The translations under genes were made by a program, and so were the position numbers. From positions 67,521 through 131,520 of the forward strand of contig CAZUFC010000006.1 of the NCBI GenBank assembly GCA_964619725.1: 64,000 bases of DNA, in the 5' to 3' direction. Below the pieces are notes generated by a model. It worked only from the letters and a program-made list of their open reading frames with translations. It made no database searches and was not told the DNA's origin. This document shows positions 38,521-48,359 of the stretch, piece after piece (positions within the stretch are counted from its first letter, which is position 1; every line of letters starts with the position of its first letter). This DNA comes from an uncultured bacterium. Lineage in GTDB: Bacteria > CSSED10-310 > CAZUFC01.

Positions 38521-38941
38521 CACATCACAGCAGCGACAGGAAACCTTGATTAAAAACTGAAGGACGTCTCGGAAAAGTTGCATGTCGCATTAAAATTAAT
38601 ATATAAAGAAGCGTAATTTTGTGTTTCCGATTAAAGGAAACTTAACTGAAAGTCCGCAGATGCTGCTTCGCGTTTTCGTTCTTTATACCCCAGGCGAGAA
38701 GTAACGATCACTCTCTATAGATACAAAGGGTGATCGATTAATAATATTTTTTTTCAGTGAGATGCAATTGAAATCCGGTGGGAACACTATTCTGTTTGAT
38801 GTTCAGTAATGATTCAAATAAAACGGTGAAATTCAAAAGGTTCCCGCGAAGCGGTTTAGTTGACCGCATGCGGATAACCGGCGGCGATGGTTACGTGTCG
38901 GCTGTCGGAAAAGAGTTTTCACCGTCCGGTTCATACGGTGG

Positions 38942-39154
38942 TTAGGCAGCTACTTCTATATTTTTTGAATACGTTTTTGGCAATGGTACTTCATGTCCTT
39001 CAATTTTCAGACCTTCAATGTGGAATTCTATGGCTTCTTTCATTAAACGTTCGACTTCATCACGGGTTTCACCGGCAGCCGCACACCCGTCCAAGTCCGG
39101 ACAGAATGCTGAATAGCCTGTTTCGGTTTTTTCAACCACAATTAAATATTTCAT
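38942..39154 (-). CDS. hicB: HicB family antitoxin
   Basis: YSAFCPDLDGCAAAGETRDEVERLMKEAIEFHIEGL. Confidence 0.92.
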   Translation of the reverse strand: MKYLIVVEKTETGYSAFCPDLDGCAAAGETRDEVERLMKEAIEFHIEGLKIEGHEVPLPKTYSKNIEVAA

Positions 39155-39339
39155 TTTTTCAATCCCGCCTGTTTCAAAATACTGTTGAGGGTTCCCGGCG
39201 CTAAGTCGTCACTTTCTTTTCCTGCTACTGTGACTAATCCTTTTTTGTCGGAATGCTTGTACTGTCGATGGCTTCCTTTCATCCGCATTAAAAACCAGCC
39301 GTTTTTTTCGATCAACTTGATAACTTCCTTGATTTTCAT
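39151..39339 (-). CDS. hicA: HicA family mRNA interferase toxin
   Basis: GWFLMRMKGSHRQYKH...VTV...DLAPGTLNSILKQAGL. Confidence 0.93.
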   Translation of the reverse strand: MKIKEVIKLIEKNGWFLMRMKGSHRQYKHSDKKGLVTVAGKESDDLAPGTLNSILKQAGLKK

Positions 39340-39512
39340 ATTCCTTTAATCTGACTCTCTGACTTTTTTAAAATGAACCAATGAGAAACGAAGATAAATA
39401 TCTTCGCCGTCCGGCAGTGAGAGTGCGCTGAAATGCCGCGAAAAGGCTTTTTGTCGGATTCGAAGAGAAACGTCGCTCATCAAAGCCATCTCCCCCTATT
39501 AATTTATCAAAT

Positions 39513-39721
39513 TCATTCAAATGTTGCAAAAGTATGACCGAAGCGACGCTCCCAGCGGAACAGCTCAACATCGCGCCGCTGTGCTTCCGCAGTCCTCCGG
39601 TCTGCCACTCTTGAATCTACGGGTATCTGAACGACCTCACTACCATTTTGGTCGGCTGATGCCCTCTCTAAAAACGCGAAAAAATGCAGCAAGAACAATG
39701 AAAAATTAATAATTTTCGCAT
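39513..39721 (-). pseudogene. Frameshifted remnant sharing the signal peptide of the ACHS-tail gene
   Basis: ATG at 39721 (MRKLLIF), net 1-nt deletion, then FAFLERASA and unrelated, degraded sequence. Confidence 0.65.
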
Positions 39722-40384
39722 ATCACGCTATCCGAAAAAATGATTCTTTCCATCCATTGATTTAACCCGGGACAGCATGAAAGGTCTTCGTCTTTCATGG
39801 AATTCACAGTCAGTCATTAAACAAAATATATAATGAAAAAAAAAGTCAAAGATATTACCAGACGGTGGACGCAGGAGGTCGGATGCCCTGTTCCATCGCT
39901 ATCCTTGCTTGCTGCAGGAAGGAAACGGCCCTGTTTTTGAATCGGGGCAGACTTTTTTGAAAGCGTCGGAGGTTTTACTATAATTGATGGGAAGGAAGCG
40001 ATTTTAAACTCACCGGGAGGTATGCATATAAACAGAGAAAATAAAGATGGTTACAGGCGATTGAATCAGGAGAAGACCAGGTTATTGAAGGCGTGCGAGG
40101 CTGGAGAAAGCGATGCATGGCATCCTGGAAAGCGGCTGTTGGATGAATTTACAGTCCTGGACGAGCTTGGTCGCGGCGGTATGGGTACGGTTTATCTGGT
40201 TGAAAGAGGCTCGGACAGAGAATTATTCGCTGTGAAAACGCTTTCGGAGAGAGTGCTTAAAGACGGTCACAAGCGTCGGTTGTTTCTGAGAGAGATAAGA
40301 ACGTGGATCGATTTGCCTGATTCGCCTTATCTGGCATGCTGCAGATTCTTCCGCACGATCGGGGACAGGACGGCTGTTTTTGCT
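39653..40384. repeat. Duplicated segment, copy 2 (includes 310 bp missing from copy 1)
   Basis: Direct comparison with 38030-38454. Confidence 0.9.
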
Positions 40385-41285
40385 CAATAAACTGACGAAA
40401 TCTTATATGAACAAAGGGATAACGCTTTGCAAGCTGAATGATTTTACCCAGGGCAACATCCTTTTCGATAAAGTCGTCGAAATTCGAGAAAAACAAATCT
40501 ATCAGGAAGAGAGAAAAGAGTTGTTCGATGATCTGGCCAGAGCGTATATGAACAAGGCTACCGCATTAAAGAACCTGGACAGGTTGAATGAGGCTCTGGA
40601 GTTGTATGACCGGGTGATCGTCATTCGAAGAAAGCTCGCATACTTCGAAGGCCGCAGCGAATTGAGATACGAACTTGCCAAGTCTTATTTAACCAAGGCA
40701 AACGCTTTAAGCTGTCTTAACAGAGCAAAAGAAGCGCTCGAATATTACGAGCCGGCGGAATCTCTCTGGAAGCTCCTGATTGAACAGGAGAGCAGAACGG
40801 AGTTGATGGAAGAACTGGCGCTGGTTTATATGGATAAAGGCGTTGCATTCCGAAAACTGAAAAATTATTTCAACGCTCTTCTGTTATTCAATAAAAGCAT
40901 TGACATCTGGACAGGCATGCTTCAGAAAGAGCACAGGCATGAAATGGTCGACAACCTCGCTTTCGGGTATTTCAACAAGGCCGTTACTTTAACGGGTTTG
41001 GGAAAAATAGAAGAAGCGGAAGGCGCGTTTGAACGGGCCGTGAAATTGCGGGAAAAAATGGTCTTCCAGGATGGACTGACCGAATTCTTGCTTCATTTAA
41101 TCAGGACAAGAATCACTTATGCCCTGGCCTTGCGGGATGCTGGTAAAAGTGAGAAGGCAGCCCGAAAAGCGAAAAATACGATGACCCTGATTGATGATGC
41201 GTTAAAAAACGATAAATACAAGAATACCATTAAAGAATTGAATTCGCTTCGTTCAGAATTGTCGAACTTAAGGATTATCCAATAA
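40022..41285 (+). pseudogene. Ser/Thr kinase-TPR gene with internal deletion and frameshift
   Basis: 40022-40390 has LGRGGMGTVY, AVK, FLRE then stops; 40380-41285 is TPR only; no HRD/DFG/APE between. Confidence 0.75.
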
Positions 41286-41336
41286 TAACTTCAACGCTCA
41301 TGTTAAGCGGCGTTCCACATAAGCGGAGCTCTGAAT

Positions 41337-41708
41337 TTAAACGTTCAACCACCGCAGAATACGGAAGTGCATGGCTGATTCGTTCAAGTCTTCCATTATA
41401 CGAAAAATTCGTATGAATTCTTTTCCATCAAGAAAATAACAATCTTTGTTTAAAAAAATCGAAACGACGACCCCTGCGGGAGATTCAGGGTCGTATTTTT
41501 TATCTCTCAAATAACGGGCGAAACGGGGATACTCTTTATCGCGAACGTAATCCCAGCGATCATGTGAAATCATGTCCACCTCGTAAAACAATGTTTTTTT
41601 GCCCTTCTCCCGCTGCTTTTCGAGCATATCGCTTAATGCTTTATTATAAAAGGTTCCCGGTATTTTTTTGAAAGACTTTTCTATGACGAGTTCTATAAAA
41701 TCCGGCAT
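41337..41708 (-). CDS. Conserved hypothetical protein (STAUR_1299-like)
   Basis: YNKAL...FYEV...RYLRDKKYDPE...GVVV...ILRWL resembles that family as I recall it; RBS present. Confidence 0.55.
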   Translation of the reverse strand: MPDFIELVIEKSFKKIPGTFYNKALSDMLEKQREKGKKTLFYEVDMISHDRWDYVRDKEYPRFARYLRDKKYDPESPAGVVVSIFLNKDCYFLDGKEFIRIFRIMEDLNESAMHFRILRWLNV

Positions 41709-41949
41709 GATGACTCCTTCCGATTTATCCGCCTTTTCCCGGGAAAGTTTACTAAATCAGCCATCAGGATTCAATCGCGATAAATACGGATCGAAAGGGA
41801 GCTTTCCGGGGGGCGGACGATAAAAACTGCCGTTTATGGACAAGAACCGGGGAATATTGACTTTTGCCGGTTTTATACTGCATAATAGTGAAGTGGTTGA
41901 CTGGTTCGGCGAGAACCCGGCAATGGGTTTGTGCCGAAAGGAGGGTGAG

Positions 41950-42507
41950 ATGCCCCCCCGAAAATACTTATTGTTTCCAATTCTTGTAATGTGTCTGATT
42001 TTGACGGTTCTGGGTTGTTCGAGCGATGATCCAAGCGGTCCTACGGAAGAAGAACCCGCTGATACGCCCACTCCGGAAGATGGGGCGCCGACATGGACGC
42101 CGACATGGACCCCTACCTCAGTACCCGACGTACCGACAGCGACTCCGACCCCTTACACGCCTCCGGGAGACTTTCCCGCTTTTTACGAAGGCATGTATTA
42201 CTTCAACACTTTACCCTGGGCCGGCGCCATTGCTTTCGTTATTACTTCTGAAACGGAAATCAGCGGCACCTGGGAAGGTGAAGACATTTACGGCGATCAG
42301 TGGTCGTTATCGCTGACGGGTTATATTGATAACGGTACCTTGTACTTGAGCATCAGCGGTTATTATTCCTTGATCCCGTGCGCGGTCAGCGGGACTGTGA
42401 CGGGTTATTCCTCTGACGGTTATGAGTCCTTTGACGGTTCCTGGTCGCTGACGGAATGCCATAATCTGGGCTTTCGCGGCACCTGGTGGGCCGTCCAGGT
42501 CTGGTAA
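41950..42507 (+). CDS. Lipoprotein with Pro/Thr-rich linker and beta-rich domain
   Basis: RBS GGAGGGTGA; lipobox VLGC; TPTWTPT linker; start moved from 41836. Confidence 0.75.
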   Translation: MPPRKYLLFPILVMCLILTVLGCSSDDPSGPTEEEPADTPTPEDGAPTWTPTWTPTSVPDVPTATPTPYTPPGDFPAFYEGMYYFNTLPWAGAIAFVITSETEISGTWEGEDIYGDQWSLSLTGYIDNGTLYLSISGYYSLIPCAVSGTVTGYSSDGYESFDGSWSLTECHNLGFRGTWWAVQVW

Positions 42508-42623
42508 GAACGGTTTCGCTTACCGTCAGGCATTGAATATCCGAAGACATAAAGCTCGTCAGGTGAGACCATCTCCGTAAAATCTTCACGGTTGATGCTC
42601 GTTCCATAATAAGATAATCAGAA

Positions 42624-42656
42624 AGCCCGGGATTACGCTCTTCATAATCCCGGGCT
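42624..42656. other. Intergenic hairpin (terminator or REP-like)
   Basis: AGCCCGGGATTA-N9-TAATCCCGGGCT; the 14-mer CCCGGGATTACGCT recurs at 63014. Confidence 0.5.
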
Positions 42657-42881
42657 CGATTGTCGCCGTTTATTAAATCTCGCAATGCGAGAATTAATCG
42701 AACTTTAGTGCGGGAATTTTTGATTTAAGGTTATATCGGAAGGGACGAGGATCATATTTTTTTGCTAATTCCTCTATAAAAGGAAACTTTTTACATCAAG
42801 CGACCGATAATACGAAAGAGGGCGGGCGCGCAACCGGGCGTCCGGGGGAATAAACAATCATGAATCCAGGAGAATAATATC

Positions 42882-44111
42882 ATGGCTATAGACGGCATAG
42901 GAAAATCAGGACACAGGCCGATTCAACCTCAGTTTGATCCTGAGAATAAAAAAGCTGCAGAAGCAAAAAAGGAAACGAACGGCATTCCAGCAGCCCAGGA
43001 CAAATTTGAAAGAGCTCAACCCATTGATCTTTTCAATATAGGTGCGGTACAGACGGCACAGCCTGTCAAGGCGGCGGGTGTGCAAACTCAGGCATTGACA
43101 GGCGGAGCGACAGGAAACGCATTGCCGGATCATGAAACTCAGATGCCCTATTATGATCAGGGGAATACGAACGGTTGCGGCACGACCAGTCTGGCGATGG
43201 TGATGACTTATTTGGGTATACCGACGACGCAGGGCGACGTTGATCATGCCATTCGCCGCATGAATATTTTCACGGCGCCGGATATGTTGATCGATTATGC
43301 GCGCGGGGCCGGGCTTGAGGCAGAAGGCTACAATAACGGAAGCTGGGATGAGCTGAAAGGTTTCATTGACCGGGGCATTCCGGTGATAGCTCTGATCGAT
43401 GCCGGGGGCAACGGGAACATTGCTGAGCTGCATTATATGGCGGTGGTGGGATATGAAACCGATCCTGCGACGGGCAAGGAGTATGTATTGATTCATGATC
43501 CGGCCAGAGGGGGGAACAGTCCAGCGACGCGCATGCCCAAGGAGGAGTTTTTAAATAAATGGAAAGACCTGCCGGGGAGTCACAATAATTATTTCATCGC
43601 TGTAGCTCCCAAAGGAACCGCTTTACCGCCGGGCCGTGACGACGGTATTGAAGGCGTATCCGCCATGGTGGAAGGAGTGGCTCATCTGACCAACGGACTG
43701 GACAGAATCGGGAATCCAGACAGCTTCGGCGGCTTTCTTCACGGAATTGCAGAAACGGTGGGCGGTGTCGTCGAAACAGTGGTAGGAGGCGTCGGCTTCG
43801 GCGTTCAATGGGTAGGCGATAAACTCAGTGAAGCGGTAGACGGCATACCTGTCGTTGAACAACTCGTAAAACCTGTCGGAACCTTGATTGAGACCGGAGG
43901 GGCTATCATCGGGGACTTGGCGGACGGTTTCGGCGATGCGGCCAATCACGTCGGTTCTGCTTTTGAAAAACTTTTTGACGGGGACGTGGGAGGATTCTTC
44001 TCCGACGCCGGTTCAGCAGTTGTCGATGTCGCCAAAGGCGTCGGCGAAGCCGTTTGGGACGGCATTAAAGGCGTCGGAGAAGCTATCGGCGATTTCTTCA
44101 GCGGCTGGTAA
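42882..44111 (+). CDS. C39-like cysteine peptidase with Gly-rich amphipathic C-terminal region
   Basis: Q...GCGTTSLAMV, HYMAVVGY, IHDP; no Sec signal; G/V/A/D-rich tail ending GDFFSGW. Confidence 0.8.
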   Translation: MAIDGIGKSGHRPIQPQFDPENKKAAEAKKETNGIPAAQDKFERAQPIDLFNIGAVQTAQPVKAAGVQTQALTGGATGNALPDHETQMPYYDQGNTNGCGTTSLAMVMTYLGIPTTQGDVDHAIRRMNIFTAPDMLIDYARGAGLEAEGYNNGSWDELKGFIDRGIPVIALIDAGGNGNIAELHYMAVVGYETDPATGKEYVLIHDPARGGNSPATRMPKEEFLNKWKDLPGSHNNYFIAVAPKGTALPPGRDDGIEGVSAMVEGVAHLTNGLDRIGNPDSFGGFLHGIAETVGGVVETVVGGVGFGVQWVGDKLSEAVDGIPVVEQLVKPVGTLIETGGAIIGDLADGFGDAANHVGSAFEKLFDGDVGGFFSDAGSAVVDVAKGVGEAVWDGIKGVGEAIGDFFSGW

Positions 44112-44192
44112 AATTGAAGCCGGGGATATGATTCCAGTGACTTTTCGGCATTAAGTTTTGAACCGTTATTCGAGTTTGTGGACAGTCACTAT

Positions 44193-46847
44193 TTATCGCC
44201 TCAGCGTCCCCGGATGATGAGCATTTTGATTCATATCTTTTGTATGACAGAGTGCGCAGTTGTTATCGTAGCCTACGACGTTGGTATTGTTCTGGTACTG
44301 CAGGGGTTGTATGTTGTCCCTGTCGTCGCCGTACGGATTAAGCGCCGGATAAATGACGTGAGGCGGTCCGTGACAGGCTGCGCACATAATGCCCCTCGGA
44401 TCGGTTCGGTTTCTGAACAGGGAGGAAGGGCATTTGACCCATTTATTGAATCCGTCGATTTCGTAAACGTCGCCGGAAAAATTTTTATGACAGCTCAGGC
44501 AATCCGGTTCATTATGCCAGGGTTTTCTGGGGATAATCTGTTCAACCCGGTCGACATTCACAGGCGTAAGGTTCTTCATTAAACGGTCCGCGCTGCTTTT
44601 ACGACGTCTTTTTTCATAAAGCAGCAATGACAACGCATGGTCCTCCATTACTCCGTGACATTCCACACACGTTATGTACATCTGGCTGTGAACGCCTCTC
44701 GAAAACCTGGTTTTTCCTTCGGTATGCGAGGGATGACAGGCATTGCAGGCTTCAGACTCCATTCCCGTCAAATAGCCGGCATGAAAACCATGCATGGCTG
44801 CAGAAAGATTAAGAATGCCGGGTTTCCCGGTCGCTCCCAGGACCGGGGCTTCGTGGCAGTTCCGGCAGCGTTTCGGACGGCCTTTTATCGCTTCCGCCAG
44901 TAATTCTGTACCGTTTGTTCGATCGTGAACTTTAAGTATATCCACGGCCGTTTCATCGCTTATGCCGGATATGTTTCCGAAGCGCCACCCGCCGCCGTGA
45001 CAGTTGCGACATCCCATTTCGGTCGAAACAGGCGCAACGGTTTTCGTTTCAGCCAGGACTTCGCCGGTTTGGCTGTCTTTTGCCGTTATCGTGAACAGGG
45101 GATAGGGGTTGTAGGACCCGTCATCTTTGTATGGCACGACGGGCACCGCATGAGCCGCGAAAAAATTATCCGGAGCCACAGGCGACTGAGGTTCCGATGC
45201 CAGGTCCAGGATTCCTTTCGTGTTCTTTCCTGTCAGTCCGGAACCCGGAGATAATTTTTTTCCGAACGTTGCAGCGGCGTATTTCCAGAAAGCGACATGT
45301 TTTTCAGGATGACGGTATCCGTCCTGGACCTCATACGATATTTCCACCCCGGTTGTGACTATTTCCGGTTTCTCGCCTCGCCGGATCAATTGAGCGTTAA
45401 GCGTGTTGGCCGGCGGTCGAATAACGAAATACTTGTCGTTATCCGAGATACAATGCATTCCCAGATCATTCCAGGCAAAAAGAAGATATTTATCCTGCAG
45501 AAGATCAAACTCAGGCTGCTCATAACTTTCCTGCTTCGGGACGTAAGCCTCTTCCGGTTCGCTTTTCTTAACATGCAGCACGTCAACGATGTAGGATGCC
45601 AATGCCTCTTTTTCCCGCTCCGATCCCATAAAAGGCGGCATATAGGAGTTTATTTTACCCTGTCCGGTCAATTGGGCCTTCATGCCGAATATTCCGAACT
45701 TGGCGGTTTTTGTTAAAATATCGTTGTTGCCGCCTGCAGTATGGCATATTTGACATTGATGACGGAATAATTCCCTGCCCGCCGCTTTCAAATTTCCTTC
45801 GTCCGCCTTATGAACCGAACTCCATTTGGCGTTCGCCAGGAAACCTTCCGCATCGATTCGCTCCCGGTCCTTTACGGAAACAGACGTCGAATACATGAAA
45901 TCATATATGATGTAAGGCTTACGAGCTATCTCCCGGAGAAATTCGAAAGCGCCCAGCCAGGCCAGTCCGACCAGAACGAGCATTGCAGTGACGGGTTTAT
46001 AAACGGATTGAGGCATGGTGAAAAGCAGAATCAGGCCGCCGAGAAACAGAATAACGGAACCGGTGATGAATGCCGTGATATACAGTTTTGCCGAGGGATT
46101 ATACTGTCGAAGGTTATCCAGGGCATCTCCGGGTATGACGCCGGCGTACCAGACGGCGCTGAGCACGATCACGATGAATGGAACGATCATCCAGCGAGCG
46201 CAATATTTATACAGGATCCTTTTTAAAGAGTTGTTTTTCATGAAAACGGCAGTGATTAGCCCGAATAATCCGGCAATCATCAGTGCCGCAGCCGTTCGGA
46301 AAATCAGCGACGGCAGGAATCCGGGATTGAAAAAACCGGCCCAGAAATTTCCTGTTTGCGTCCATTGCCCCGGCGTAAGCATGAAGGAAAGAATACCGTT
46401 GATAACGAAAAGACTCAGCCAGGCGGCGACGGCGTAAACCCAGCCTATGGCCATGTGAACCTTCGGTTTAAGCCGGTCGAACATGTAATGATAAATGAGC
46501 AGCGAAACGATTTCTACGATGAAGAATACCCACTCGATGGCCCAGCCGAACACGAAATTGTGAATAAGCGCGGATGTGCCTGCCGGATGCGTCAGCGATA
46601 TTATGAACCATATGCCGACTCCGGTCATTCCTCCCAAAACCATTGTCAGCAACAAAAAAAACCAGGTGTGGCTCCTCACGTAATCCAGCAGCGGAACGTT
46701 TTTCTCCCTTCTGGCTTTCCTTTCCGTCCATACGAGAAATAAACCGCCCCCCACAGCCAGATGAGCGATGTAAACATGCAAAACAGATATGACGGCGATT
46801 AACATGCCGGCGCTGATATTACCCGTTTCCCAGAAGGGATAATTCAT
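44193..46847 (-). CDS. Cytochrome bd subunit I (CydA)-like protein fused to an 8-heme cytochrome c
   Basis: HVYIAH, GWAIEWVFFIVE, REIARKPY (GRQPW equivalent); eight CXXCH. True start MNYPFW (ATGA overlap). Confidence 0.82.
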   Translation of the reverse strand: MNYPFWETGNISAGMLIAVISVLHVYIAHLAVGGGLFLVWTERKARREKNVPLLDYVRSHTWFFLLLTMVLGGMTGVGIWFIISLTHPAGTSALIHNFVFGWAIEWVFFIVEIVSLLIYHYMFDRLKPKVHMAIGWVYAVAAWLSLFVINGILSFMLTPGQWTQTGNFWAGFFNPGFLPSLIFRTAAALMIAGLFGLITAVFMKNNSLKRILYKYCARWMIVPFIVIVLSAVWYAGVIPGDALDNLRQYNPSAKLYITAFITGSVILFLGGLILLFTMPQSVYKPVTAMLVLVGLAWLGAFEFLREIARKPYIIYDFMYSTSVSVKDRERIDAEGFLANAKWSSVHKADEGNLKAAGRELFRHQCQICHTAGGNNDILTKTAKFGIFGMKAQLTGQGKINSYMPPFMGSEREKEALASYIVDVLHVKKSEPEEAYVPKQESYEQPEFDLLQDKYLLFAWNDLGMHCISDNDKYFVIRPPANTLNAQLIRRGEKPEIVTTGVEISYEVQDGYRHPEKHVAFWKYAAATFGKKLSPGSGLTGKNTKGILDLASEPQSPVAPDNFFAAHAVPVVPYKDDGSYNPYPLFTITAKDSQTGEVLAETKTVAPVSTEMGCRNCHGGGWRFGNISGISDETAVDILKVHDRTNGTELLAEAIKGRPKRCRNCHEAPVLGATGKPGILNLSAAMHGFHAGYLTGMESEACNACHPSHTEGKTRFSRGVHSQMYITCVECHGVMEDHALSLLLYEKRRRKSSADRLMKNLTPVNVDRVEQIIPRKPWHNEPDCLSCHKNFSGDVYEIDGFNKWVKCPSSLFRNRTDPRGIMCAACHGPPHVIYPALNPYGDDRDNIQPLQYQNNTNVVGYDNNCALCHTKDMNQNAHHPGTLRR

Positions 46848-47902
46848 GTTCTCACCTCCTGAACGGACGCCCAGACTTTTTTGATCATGAAGGCGAGAAC
46901 GGCCAAACCTGTTGCGAACACGATCAGGAAAACGATAAATGGCGTTATTTGCGGCGCAGTCGGGAGTTGCGACGGCGTAAACAGTCCGTCCAGATACCCG
47001 GAACGAACGAAGTTCCTGATCATGACCATCAAAAAAACAAGAATAAACGCCGATGTCGCAGTCGCCCACACGTGACGCTTAAACGCAAAATAGAGGGACG
47101 TCGCGGCAGCGGCTACGCCGAGAGCAAGAAATACCGTATAAAGCGTCCTGCCCCCCAGAAACATCAACATGACAGGTCTGGGCAACGATATTAAAAACCA
47201 CAAACCCACAAATGCCTGCAGCAATGTCGCTCCAAAGAAAATTTTCAATCCCCCCGTTTTCTGATGCTCGTATTCTTGCTTCTCTTTCTTTTCCTTCACG
47301 GCATAATAAACCGCTCGCCCCAGTCCCGCCACCGCTATCGAAGCGATGATAAAATGAAAATATCGGGGGTATATGGTGATGTCGCCCAGATTAAGCAGCG
47401 TTCCCCAGGAATTTTTGAAATACCTCGTCCATTCGGAAGGATTAATCATCAGACTCATGTTGTTTACAAAGAGAAAAGCCGTCGTCAATAGAAAAATTGA
47501 TGATATGCCCATGCTCATCAGCGGCCCCTTGCCTCCTCTTTTGGCCTTGTATACCGTTACGTAAGCCGAGTAATAAGCGATGATGAGCATCGGAATGATG
47601 CTGATCCAGAAAACGGCCATCAGTATCGAACTCGTATAAAAAAAATGTCCGAATAATACCTGCAAAAATAAAAGGGGAGGAATGCCTAAATTGACCGTAA
47701 GGGCAATCAACGTAGGCACGGATTTCGATTCTGACTCGAATTTTCGATTCTTCAGACGATTGTAAAACGTCAGCAGCGCGCCTCCCAGCATCAAATTCAT
47801 CATCAGAAGATGCAGCACGAACGTGAAAATCAGCAGCCCCTGAAGCCAGAGCCAATGCACGGGAATGGCGTCCGGCCTCGGGATCAGGTCGGCATAGTTC
47901 AA
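46844..47902 (-). CDS. Polytopic membrane partner of the CydA-like protein
   Basis: About 9 TM segments; His in FVLHLL and PRYFHF; NLGIPPLLFLQV; coupled to the downstream gene. Confidence 0.7.
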   Translation of the reverse strand: MNYADLIPRPDAIPVHWLWLQGLLIFTFVLHLLMMNLMLGGALLTFYNRLKNRKFESESKSVPTLIALTVNLGIPPLLFLQVLFGHFFYTSSILMAVFWISIIPMLIIAYYSAYVTVYKAKRGGKGPLMSMGISSIFLLTTAFLFVNNMSLMINPSEWTRYFKNSWGTLLNLGDITIYPRYFHFIIASIAVAGLGRAVYYAVKEKKEKQEYEHQKTGGLKIFFGATLLQAFVGLWFLISLPRPVMLMFLGGRTLYTVFLALGVAAAATSLYFAFKRHVWATATSAFILVFLMVMIRNFVRSGYLDGLFTPSQLPTAPQITPFIVFLIVFATGLAVLAFMIKKVWASVQEVRT

Positions 47903-48359
47903 TTTGAAACCTCCCGTTGAAATTTAAAATAATTCAAGGCGATGTTTCCCTGTCTTCTGTTATTTATCAGAATTATCAGCCGGATGCGGGCAGAGTGGAA
48001 AAAGAGATCGATCGAGGTCGAAATCACGCTGAAAACGGCTCGCTGAACGGGATACTAAACCATAAAGAATCGCCGTTCAAGTTTAAAAGTCATGAAGCTC
48101 CCCTCCATAAAGTCCTTTTGACTGATATATCCATTGGCGGACAGGCATTGCTGGTTTCCGATCCGAAAACTCGGACCGCCGCTGCCGGACATCCGCCATC
48201 CGGCATCCCCAAAAAAAGATTCGTGCCGTTGAAGAAATAATTTGATCATGTCTTTACAACAGGTATAATAGGGCGGGAAACGTATTCTGGGGAGGAAACG
48301 TTGGATGTTTAAATTCCGGCCTGTCTCGTTGAAGCAGGCGGCTCAGAGATGATAACAAG

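Noticed and set aside
38030-40384. Duplication as a DGR template/variable repeat pair
   Set aside because: Mismatches are not adenine-specific, indels are present, and no reverse transcriptase is in the window
46848-47069. N-terminal 74 aa of the 958-aa ORF
   Set aside because: Overlaps the upstream membrane gene; RBS AGGAGGTGA and the ATGA overlap support a start at 46847
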